The notes below the pieces were generated by a model. It saw only the letters and a list, made by a program, of their open reading frames with translations. It did no database searches and had not been told where the DNA came from. The position numbers were made by a program, and so were the translations under genes. From an uncultured bacterium (GTDB taxonomy: Bacteria > Cyanobacteriota > Vampirovibrionia > Gastranaerophilales > Gastranaerophilaceae), in the NCBI GenBank assembly GCA_949300515.1, contig CASGEP010000001.1, forward strand, positions 6,740 to 70,739: a stretch of DNA of 64,000 nt. Reading direction: 5' to 3'. Numbering within the stretch: the stretch's first letter is position 1; each line of letters begins with the position of its first letter. Shown in pieces: positions 56,347-64,000 of the stretch.

Positions 56347-57399
56347 ATGAAAAAAATATTTTTTGTATTTATTTTTGTTTTAGCCTGTACCTGCACCATA
56401 TTTTGCACAAAAACAGCTATGGCTGAAAATTTAGAGAATTCTAATACAAAAAAAGTTGAAAAAGATTACGAAGCATTAAAGTACGATGAAAAATCGGCAT
56501 TTATTTCACTTACCACCCTTAGTGCATCGACTTATTTCAATATACTAAGCCTTGATAAACAAATTGAATATCAAAATGAGCTTACGGCTCTAAGGAAAGA
56601 AATTCTTGATTTAACAAAAATTAATTACGACTACGGCCTTGCTTCATCAACGGATGTAACCGTTGCGGATAAATCATACACCGAAGCCCTGTCTGATATT
56701 GAAACCCTAAAAAACAGCCGCGCCAAGCTGCTTAACCAACTCAGCGTTTTAATAGGAGAAAGCAGCGAAAACTCCTCAGAGCTTCAAAGGGGCACTATTG
56801 ACTCAATAGAGATATTAAAAGACCTGCCGCAGAGCATACCCTCCGAAATTATAGAAAAAAGACCCGACATTTTAAAAGCCGAAGCGCAATTGCAGGCTGC
56901 GGCACTGGACGTTAAAATTGCCCGCAAAAATCTCCTCCCGAGCATTAATCTGACAGGATTTCTCGGTTTTAACGCCTATGCTTTTTCCCCGCTTTTTAAC
57001 TGGGAAAGTTTTATAATGTCATTAGGCGGCGGGCTGACCCAGCCCATATTTAGCGGCGGCAAGCTTCTTGCAAGACTGAGAGGGAAAAAGTATAAATACG
57101 AGCAAATGTTTAACACTTATCAAAAAACAATTTTGACCTCAATGCAGGAAATAAATGACAGTCTTGCGGATTTAAAAACAAATACGACAAAAAACCAAAA
57201 TGACATCAAACGGGTTGAGTGCGAAACAAAATATTATAACGATATGTACTATAAATATGAAAAAGGCGCGGTTTCATACCTCGATACGCTAAAATACAAA
57301 GAAAATCTCTTATCCCTTCAAAAAGAAGAAATTAAAAGCAAGGCGGACGCAATTATAGCATCATTAAGCCTTTATAAATCCGTCGGCGGACAACTGTAG
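56347..57399 (+). CDS. NodT-type outer membrane factor lipoprotein, shorter than typical
   Basis: The ATG at 56347 follows GAGGA. Lipobox-like VLAC. C-terminal OMF repeat (EIIEKRPDILKAEAQ, IFSGGKLLA, LYKSVGG). About 350 aa, versus roughly 450 or more expected for the family. Confidence 0.7.
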   Translation: MKKIFFVFIFVLACTCTIFCTKTAMAENLENSNTKKVEKDYEALKYDEKSAFISLTTLSASTYFNILSLDKQIEYQNELTALRKEILDLTKINYDYGLASSTDVTVADKSYTEALSDIETLKNSRAKLLNQLSVLIGESSENSSELQRGTIDSIEILKDLPQSIPSEIIEKRPDILKAEAQLQAAALDVKIARKNLLPSINLTGFLGFNAYAFSPLFNWESFIMSLGGGLTQPIFSGGKLLARLRGKKYKYEQMFNTYQKTILTSMQEINDSLADLKTNTTKNQNDIKRVECETKYYNDMYYKYEKGAVSYLDTLKYKENLLSLQKEEIKSKADAIIASLSLYKSVGGQL

Positions 57400-57440
57400 A
57401 GAAAAACGGCAAGAATATTTGAAACATTACACGCGCAAAA

Positions 57441-58439
57441 CTATTTCAAGAGCTTATCAACCTGTTCCCATTTACTTGAAAACTGTGCGGGCGTAAACAC
57501 GTGATTTTTGGATTCGTTTTGTCCGAACCCTCCGAAATTATCACAGTACTTGCACAGCGAAACACTGCTTCTGCCGCCTTTTGCAAGCGTATCGCGGATG
57601 TTTTTATAATCATCGCCATACCACGCCTCAAGAAGGGTCTGGCGTGTCAGGTCGCCGAGTGTATAAATCCCGAGGGCATCATTGCAGCACAGCGACAGTT
57701 TCCCGTCAGGACGGACTATCACCTGTTTAAAGGGCAATCTGCAATTTGTCTTTAGCTTGTAGGTAAAGTGCCTGTTTTTAGACTGACCGCCTCTGTTATT
57801 TCTGATTTCGTTTTTATTTATCATCTGAATTATGACTTTACGCCTTAAAACAGGGTTTGCGGTGCAGATTTCTACAATTTTTTTAATGTTATCGGGTAGT
57901 TTTTTCTCACCCTCATAGTACATATCAATACAGAAAGTGTCGCAATATTTTACAAGTTCGCAAAATTTTTCGTTATTGAGCAATATCCCGTTTGTAAAAA
58001 TCGAAAGATGGGCTTTTTTGCAGGTTTCTTTTATGTACTTTGCAAATTGGCAAATTCTTTTATCCAAAAGAGGCTCATTGTTTGAAAAAATTTGAATTCT
58101 GCCGTCATAGCCCATATCACGCAGCTGATTTACAATATTTTTAAACAAATCCTCGTCCATAATTTTAAATTTTCGCTTGTCATCCTTGCGATTAACGGGA
58201 CAAAACGCACACTCGCCATTGCACCTGTTAATCGTTTCAAGCTCAATTGTTTCAAACAAGCCGACCTTGCCCGTACTTAAATACTCGTCAATTTCCGCCT
58301 GAACGGCGTTTTTTGTTTCAGAGTCCATAATAATTTTTCTCGGCAAAAGGAGCAAAATTTCATATAAAAAAGAGTCTTTGGGTAATTTATTATATAAAAA
58401 ATTTTTAAGCCGAAACAGAGTAAGAATAAATTTTGTCAT
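57441..58439 (-). CDS. radical SAM protein with SPASM/twitch-like C-terminal Cys cluster
   Basis: CNGECAFCPV radical SAM motif. C-terminal LCCNDALG...CKYC cluster. Confidence 0.78.
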   Translation of the reverse strand: MTKFILTLFRLKNFLYNKLPKDSFLYEILLLLPRKIIMDSETKNAVQAEIDEYLSTGKVGLFETIELETINRCNGECAFCPVNRKDDKRKFKIMDEDLFKNIVNQLRDMGYDGRIQIFSNNEPLLDKRICQFAKYIKETCKKAHLSIFTNGILLNNEKFCELVKYCDTFCIDMYYEGEKKLPDNIKKIVEICTANPVLRRKVIIQMINKNEIRNNRGGQSKNRHFTYKLKTNCRLPFKQVIVRPDGKLSLCCNDALGIYTLGDLTRQTLLEAWYGDDYKNIRDTLAKGGRSSVSLCKYCDNFGGFGQNESKNHVFTPAQFSSKWEQVDKLLK

Positions 58440-58447
58440 ACATCTGC

Positions 58448-58843
58448 CTACCCGAAAATCTCTTTTAAAATCGCAACAAACGGCTTGTTTACAAGAGGTT
58501 CCGTTTTTATTTTTTTACCCTTAAAAGTTTTTTCCAGACTGTCTAAAACAGGTAAATATTTCAGAGTGGAAACAAGCACAAGATTAAAATCATAACCATT
58601 TAACTTTTCAAAGGGTATAATTTTATACCCCAAAAAGTCTTGTCCTTCCTGCTCCGGATAAAATCTCCTGTCACATATTCCAACGGCATTAAGCGATGAT
58701 AAATCGTAATTGTTTTTAACAACTTCAAAAAATTCACCCGCACCGTAGAATAAGACTTTTTTATTTTTAATTTTGTTTAATTTCTTCAATTGCTTATCGA
58801 AATTAACACTTTTCAGATACACCAAAATTTCCTGCTCTGTCAT
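58448..58843 (-). CDS. hypothetical protein, Rossmann-like module paralogous to the N-termini of 61343 and 63094 products
   Basis: The ATG at 58843 follows a GGAGAG SD. NKKVLFYGAGEFF...FNLVLVST aligns with NKKVLIYGNGIFF...IDVIICST (61343) and ANIAIFGAGDVG...IDLVVSST (63094). Confidence 0.6.
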   Translation of the reverse strand: MTEQEILVYLKSVNFDKQLKKLNKIKNKKVLFYGAGEFFEVVKNNYDLSSLNAVGICDRRFYPEQEGQDFLGYKIIPFEKLNGYDFNLVLVSTLKYLPVLDSLEKTFKGKKIKTEPLVNKPFVAILKEIFG

Positions 58844-58934
58844 AATCACTCTCCGCAACTTTTTATGATTATATATAATACCCGAATAATTTTCAAGCTT
58901 GCCATAATACCCTTAAGGGCTTAAAATAAAATTT

Positions 58935-59963
58935 ATGAGCGAGAGCAAATTCGGAGTTTTAAAATACAGCGCGGTAAATATCGGCGATGATATACAGAGT
59001 ATCGCCGCAATGCGCTTTTTACCGAGGATTGATGAATATATACACCGCGACAGGATTGACAGGTTCAAATCAAAACAAAAAGTCAAAACCATAATGAATG
59101 CAGCATGGATGCTTGAGCCAAAGCATATGCCCCCGAGTGAAGACATCGACCCTTTGCTGATTTCAATGCATTTAAAAATGGTTACAAGGCAGCATATGAC
59201 AAAAAAATTAAAACGGTATCTGATTAACCATGGTCCCGTGGGCTGCCGTGACACGGATACTATGGAGTATTTGCACTCTCTTGATATACCCGCTTATTTT
59301 TCAGGCTGTATTACAATGACAATAAAAAAAAATCCTGAAATTAAACGTCAAAACTACATTTTAACCGTTGATATGCCAAAGTATATTCAGGATGAAATCA
59401 AAAAAAGGACCAATCGTCCCGTCTATAATGTTTCAAGGCGCATGAGCGTATATTTCAATCAATATGAACGCTTTAGAGTCGCAAAAATGGCGCTTTATAT
59501 GTACCACAGCGCGCACTGTGTAGTTACAAGAGCGCTCCATGCCGCCATTCCCTCTCTTGCGTTTGACACACCGGTATTAATGCTTGATTTAAAAACAAAA
59601 CCTTTTGACAACAGGCAAGACCCGAGATATTACGGGCTGATTGAGTTTTTTAACCCTGTAAAAGAAATTGATTTTCTAAATAATGCGAATATCTATGATT
59701 TTGAAAATCCGCCCGAAAATCCCGACAGGCACATAGCAATCAGGGATGAACTTATTAAAAAATGCAGCGAATTTACGGGCTACGATAATCCGCAGACTTT
59801 GGTTGAAAATTTTGACAATCCTTTTGTTGAGCTTTACTCAATGCTTGCTTACAAACAGCACAGGATGGACAGAAACGCCTACTGGGTCGGCGCGGGGGAA
59901 TTACTGAAAACCGCTTTCAGGAAAGCTGTCCTTAGAAAAACAAGGTGCGACCTTGAAATATAG
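58935..59963 (+). CDS. polysaccharide pyruvyl transferase-like protein
   Basis: N-terminus NIGDDIQSIAA and C-terminus HCVVTRALHAAIPSLAFDTPVLML fit the PS_pyruv_trans pattern. Assignment from pattern only. Confidence 0.55.
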   Translation: MSESKFGVLKYSAVNIGDDIQSIAAMRFLPRIDEYIHRDRIDRFKSKQKVKTIMNAAWMLEPKHMPPSEDIDPLLISMHLKMVTRQHMTKKLKRYLINHGPVGCRDTDTMEYLHSLDIPAYFSGCITMTIKKNPEIKRQNYILTVDMPKYIQDEIKKRTNRPVYNVSRRMSVYFNQYERFRVAKMALYMYHSAHCVVTRALHAAIPSLAFDTPVLMLDLKTKPFDNRQDPRYYGLIEFFNPVKEIDFLNNANIYDFENPPENPDRHIAIRDELIKKCSEFTGYDNPQTLVENFDNPFVELYSMLAYKQHRMDRNAYWVGAGELLKTAFRKAVLRKTRCDLEI

Positions 59964-59978
59964 TCTTTGGGGTAAAAA

Positions 59979-61340
59979 ATGAAAAATTATGCAATAATTC
60001 TGGCATCGGGAAGCGGGGAGAGAACGGGACTCAATACCCCCAAACAGTTCTTAAAAATTGCAGGCAAAACAGTAATTGAGCATACCCTGCAGACTTTTCA
60101 AAAACACCCTGAAATTGATGAGATAATTATTGTTGCAAACAAAGATTATATTGAACAGGTTGAAAACATAATAAAAATAAACAACTCAAAAAAGCCCGTA
60201 AAAATTGTGCAGGGCGGCGCAACAAGGAAAGACAGTTCATTTAACGGTATTAACTCAATTAAAGACACACAGGCAAATGTACTAATCCATGATGCCGTAA
60301 GACCTTTTATCTCATCAAAAATAATAGATGATTGCATAGAGGCGCTAAAAACACATAAAGCAATTGATGTTGCCATACCCTCGAGCGACACTATTGTAAT
60401 TGCCAATGACGATAACTTTATCAAACAAATTCCCGAGAGAAAATTTTTCAGACGAGGACAAACCCCGCAGTGTTTTTATTTACCCGTAATAAAAAAAGCG
60501 CACGAGCTTTCGCTCAATGACGATGAGGCAAAAAATGTAACGGATGACTGTTCGCTTGTTTTAAAATACGGTCTTTGCGAGGTTTATATAGTGGAGGGCG
60601 ACCATTTTAACAGAAAAATAACCTATCCGCTTGATGTTGCAATTGCAGACAAACTTTTTCAGCTAAAAAGCCTGAAACTTGACGATGTCGGACTTGAGTG
60701 CATAAAAGATAAAGTTTTGGTTGTCTTTGGACACTCAAGGGGCATAGGCAGGGAAATATGCACACTTGCAGAGGAATACGGTGCCAGAGTACGGGGTTTT
60801 TCAAGGAAAAACGGGGTAGATATTTCCGATTTTAACCTTGTAAAAGACTCTCTTTCGGACGTAAACAAAAAAGAAGGTAAAATTGACTGCGTTATAAATA
60901 CGGCGGGAGTATTAAATATCGGCAATCTTGAAGCAAGAAATATGTCCGACATACAAAAGGAAATTGCCGTTAATTATCTGGGCGCAATAAACATTGCAAA
61001 AGAATCTTTTAATTATTTAAAAGAAAGCAAAGGCTCGCTGCTTTTTTACACCTCAAGCTCCTACACAAGAGGGCGCGCAAAATACTGTACTTACTCATCC
61101 TCAAAAGCTGCTATTGTAAATCTGGCACAGGCACTGAGCGAGGAGTGGGCAAAATTTGACATCAGGGTAAATGTTATAAATCCCGAGCGCACGGCAACAC
61201 AGATGAGATTTCAAAACTTCGGAAAAGAACCCGAGGACACCCTGCTCTCGCCAAAAAAAGTTGCAAAAGTATCCCTTGAAACAATCCTTAGCAGCTACAC
61301 CGGACAGGTTATTAACGTCACAAGGGAGGATTTATTTTAA
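59979..61340 (+). CDS. bifunctional CDP-ribitol synthase-like protein (IspD/TarI-type cytidylyltransferase fused to SDR reductase, Bcs1-like)
   Basis: The N-terminus AIILASGSGERTG...PKQF is cytidylyltransferase-like. The C-terminus VLVVFGHSRGIG...YSSSKAA is SDR-like with a YxxxK catalytic motif. Confidence 0.8.
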   Translation: MKNYAIILASGSGERTGLNTPKQFLKIAGKTVIEHTLQTFQKHPEIDEIIIVANKDYIEQVENIIKINNSKKPVKIVQGGATRKDSSFNGINSIKDTQANVLIHDAVRPFISSKIIDDCIEALKTHKAIDVAIPSSDTIVIANDDNFIKQIPERKFFRRGQTPQCFYLPVIKKAHELSLNDDEAKNVTDDCSLVLKYGLCEVYIVEGDHFNRKITYPLDVAIADKLFQLKSLKLDDVGLECIKDKVLVVFGHSRGIGREICTLAEEYGARVRGFSRKNGVDISDFNLVKDSLSDVNKKEGKIDCVINTAGVLNIGNLEARNMSDIQKEIAVNYLGAINIAKESFNYLKESKGSLLFYTSSSYTRGRAKYCTYSSSKAAIVNLAQALSEEWAKFDIRVNVINPERTATQMRFQNFGKEPEDTLLSPKKVAKVSLETILSSYTGQVINVTREDLF

Positions 61341-61342
61341 TA

Positions 61343-63076
61343 ATGACTCAGGATTTTAAAAAATTTGAAAACAAAGAGTATACAGACTACATAAATCTGT
61401 TTAAAAAAAGCAGCTTTAAAAAAAGACTTGAAAATTTATCCAAAAAATATAAAAATAAAAAAGTTTTAATATACGGAAACGGCATATTTTTTGATGCACT
61501 GGCGGACAGTTTCGACTTAAACTCTTATTTTAATATCAAAGGGGTATCCGATATAAGATATCTGCACAATAAGCCCGACAGCTATAAGAATTTCAAAGTT
61601 TTCAACCCCTACGATTTTAAAAACGAAAACATTGATGTCATCATCTGCTCGACAATTAACCCCGCGCAAATATACTTTTTTATGAAAAAGCACGGCGTAA
61701 TGCCCGATAAATGCCTTTTTGACAGCTTTTTAGACAAAACAAAAAACGAAGTTTTTAATGACTTTATGCTTAAAAATTCACTCCTTCTGAAATATTTAAA
61801 ACTCACTTTAAATATCCCAAAGACCCTAAAATATGCTCTCTTTTTAAATTCGGATGAAATAAATTCAAAAATCAACTACTTAAATGTAATTAAAAACCTC
61901 AAAAAAAGAAATAAAAAAACTCACCCGCTTCGCGTGTTATTTATTGTCGAAGAAAATGCAAAATGGGGCTATCAGTCCGTTTATGACATTTTAAAAAACG
62001 ACCCGAATTTTGAAGTTCTGCCCGTTTTGTGTTACCCGATAATTACAAAAGACAGAGAATACTACTCCCAGAGCGAAAATATTGAATTTTTTAAAAACCT
62101 CGGAATTGAAGCAGTTGACGGGTGCCCGAAAAACGACGGAAATTTTACGCCGATTGATACATTTAAGCCCGATATAGTGTTCTATCAGCAGCCATGGTAT
62201 GTTCTTGACGACTGGCACCCCTGCGCCGTTTCAAAATACGCACTTAGCTGCATTGTTTCTTACGGCTACTCCTCAATTGATGTTAAAAGCTGGGGTTCAA
62301 TCGCCGTACAGAACTTAAGCGGAAATTTATGGAAAATGTTCTGCGAATCCCCTTATCACAAAACATTTTACGAAAAGGCCGCAAAAATAAAACATAAAGA
62401 GATTTTAAAAACTACTGGCTATCCAAAAATGGATTACTACAAAGAGCCTGTAAATCCTTATTTTGAAGCACTTTGGAAAGACGGCAAATCAAAACGCCCC
62501 AGAATAATATGGGCGCCGCACCACTCTATTGATCAAAGAGGACTTGAAATGTCTAATTTTATGGAGCATTACAGGTTTTTTCTTGATTTTGCAAAAAACA
62601 ACAAAAACTATTCGTTTATTTTTAAACCCCACCCCATGCTGGAGTTTAAGTGCATATCCGAAGGTTTTATGACAAAAGACGAATATGACACGTACATTCA
62701 AGAATGGAATACTCTTGAAAATGCAAGCGTGTGGGATAAAGGGGACTACTTTGATATTTTTAAAACTTCGGATATACTGATAACCGACTGCTCGTCCTTC
62801 CTTGGCGAGTACTGTTTCAGTCAAAAACCGATTATTTTTCTTGATAAAAACTCGCGCTGCGGATTTAACGACTTTGGCTTAAAAATGAAAAAAACTTTTT
62901 ATATACCCCAAAACCTTGATGAAATACCGCAAATGATATACGATTTACTGATAAATAAAAACGATTACAAAAAAGAACAGAGAATTAAGCTTATAAAACA
63001 AGAATACTTTTACCCGTCCGGGGGTGTCGGGAAAATGATAACGGAATTTATAAGAAAAGAACTTGATATACAGTGA
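61343..63076 (+). CDS. CDP-glycerol/ribitol poly(alditol phosphate) transferase (TagF/TarL-like) with extra N-terminal module
   Basis: C-terminal Glyphos_transf pattern (IIWAPHH, FIFKPHP, SDILITDCSSF..EY). The N-terminal ~130 aa are paralogous to 58448-58843. Confidence 0.78.
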   Translation: MTQDFKKFENKEYTDYINLFKKSSFKKRLENLSKKYKNKKVLIYGNGIFFDALADSFDLNSYFNIKGVSDIRYLHNKPDSYKNFKVFNPYDFKNENIDVIICSTINPAQIYFFMKKHGVMPDKCLFDSFLDKTKNEVFNDFMLKNSLLLKYLKLTLNIPKTLKYALFLNSDEINSKINYLNVIKNLKKRNKKTHPLRVLFIVEENAKWGYQSVYDILKNDPNFEVLPVLCYPIITKDREYYSQSENIEFFKNLGIEAVDGCPKNDGNFTPIDTFKPDIVFYQQPWYVLDDWHPCAVSKYALSCIVSYGYSSIDVKSWGSIAVQNLSGNLWKMFCESPYHKTFYEKAAKIKHKEILKTTGYPKMDYYKEPVNPYFEALWKDGKSKRPRIIWAPHHSIDQRGLEMSNFMEHYRFFLDFAKNNKNYSFIFKPHPMLEFKCISEGFMTKDEYDTYIQEWNTLENASVWDKGDYFDIFKTSDILITDCSSFLGEYCFSQKPIIFLDKNSRCGFNDFGLKMKKTFYIPQNLDEIPQMIYDLLINKNDYKKEQRIKLIKQEYFYPSGGVGKMITEFIRKELDIQ

Positions 63077-63093
63077 TTTAGGACGGAGTAAAA

Positions 63094-64000
63094 ATGATTA
63101 AAGAACATTTAAAAAAGATACTGTTTGATAAAATAAAACCCGGGGCAAATATAGCAATATTCGGCGCGGGCGATGTCGGGGTAAAAATGTACCATGACAT
63201 AAAAAAATACAGAAATGATGTTAATATTAAATGTTTTATCGACACGTTTAAAACAGGTACCGTTGAAGGAGTCGGGATTTTTCCGTTTTCACAGATTAAT
63301 ACACTAAAAGATATCGACCTTGTTGTATCGTCCACAAGGAGGGATTACTCTCTTGTTATGAATATCTTTCAATATTACAATATAGATTTTCTCCCGCAGG
63401 AGAGATTTTGCGATTTTTATTACAAAAACAACAACGAATTTTTAAATGATGAAAATCTGGACAAAATTTTAAACATGTTAGACGAGGAAAAAGACAGAGA
63501 ACTTTTAAAACTTGTATACTCGTCAAGAACCTGTATGGTAAATGATGCCATGGACGAATACGCCGTTAAAAACCATAACATCAGAAAATACTACAATGCA
63601 AGAAACATTTACAAACAGTACGTAGACAGGCTTGTTTTGGATAAAATAAAAATTATTTACGATTTAGGCTTTTTTGACGGCAGAAATTTTCTCGCATACG
63701 ATAAATTTATGCCGAATTTAGAAAAAATATACGCTTTTGAAGCAATTTACGACATAGCCAAAAATCCCGCAATGGACGCCGTTTTAAAAAGAGGCGGCAA
63801 AGTGGAGATAATAAACTCCGCCGTTGCGGACAAAGACGGAGAAGCCGTATTTTGTCTGAATAATGCGCTTTTATCAGGCTCGGTTTTAAAAGGTGTATCA
63901 ACAAAAAAACACGACACCGAAAAATACAGCGACTTAGAGAAAAAAGTTAAAGTTACAAGTATTGATAACTACTTTTCAAACAATAACATAAAAGCACCCG
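63094..64000 (+). CDS. FkbM-family methyltransferase with N-terminal Rossmann-like module, 3' end outside window
   Basis: Not in the ORF track because no stop lies in the window. ATG at 63094 after GGACGGAG. The hand translation gives MIKEHLKKILFDKIKPGANIAIFGAGDVG...IIYDLGFFDGRNF...IYAFEAIYD...INSAVADKDGEAVF...VKVTSIDNYF, an FkbM-like pattern. Confidence 0.65.
   Translation, partial: MIKEHLKKILFDKIKPGANIAIFGAGDVGVKMYHDIKKYRNDVNIKCFIDTFKTGTVEGVGIFPFSQINTLKDIDLVVSSTRRDYSLVMNIFQYYNIDFLPQERFCDFYYKNNNEFLNDENLDKILNMLDEEKDRELLKLVYSSRTCMVNDAMDEYAVKNHNIRKYYNARNIYKQYVDRLVLDKIKIIYDLGFFDGRNFLAYDKFMPNLEKIYAFEAIYDIAKNPAMDAVLKRGGKVEIINSAVADKDGEAVFCLNNALLSGSVLKGVSTKKHDTEKYSDLEKKVKVTSIDNYFSNNNIKAP

Noticed and set aside
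58913-59254. 113-aa minus-strand ORF
   Set aside because: It is antisense to the pyruvyl-transferase-like gene, has hydrophobic low-complexity composition, and has no SD.

Overview
AT-rich chromosomal window from an anaerobic, fermentative bacterium with a diderm-type envelope (TolC/NodT outer-membrane factors, prepilin-like proteins). The lineage cannot be fixed from the sequence. The gene content resembles gut Melainabacteria- or Elusimicrobia-like anaerobes, but that is inference only. Housekeeping and energy genes dominate: gatB, class II fba, rpiB, clpC, pflB/pflA, nrdD/nrdG, three tRNAs, a HydABC-type [FeFe] hydrogenase, and a divergent operon with a sensory hydrogenase (HydS), a PP2C phosphatase and a group-B hydrogenase. 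An AmmeMemoRadiSam pair is also present. The most interesting signal is an ~85-nt RNA motif with a cobalamin-riboswitch core, present twice. One copy is in the nrdDG leader, an expected B12 regulon member. The other, followed by a terminator that buries the Shine-Dalgarno sequence, precedes a four-gene minus-strand operon (3772 down to 671) of unrecognisable proteins. These are a Cys/His-motif helical protein, a 506-aa membrane protein, a HEAT-like protein, and a pilin-like protein with a tail-collar domain. Other notable items follow. Two paralogous Q/P/Y-rich HEAT-repeat proteins. A very acidic 626-aa EF-hand-like protein. Tandem palindromic DtxR-type operators before a membrane protein, regulator and MFS locus next to a TolC. 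A 14-kb accessory stretch after tRNA-Ser(CGA) full of truncated or frameshifted detoxification and efflux genes, including a 23-bp insertion scar with 8-bp direct repeats in emrA. A ribitol-phosphate glycopolymer locus (CDP-ribitol synthase fusion, TagF-like polymerase, radical SAM/SPASM, pyruvyl transferase, FkbM) at the 3' end. No CRISPR array, integrase, transposase or recognisable defence genes were seen.
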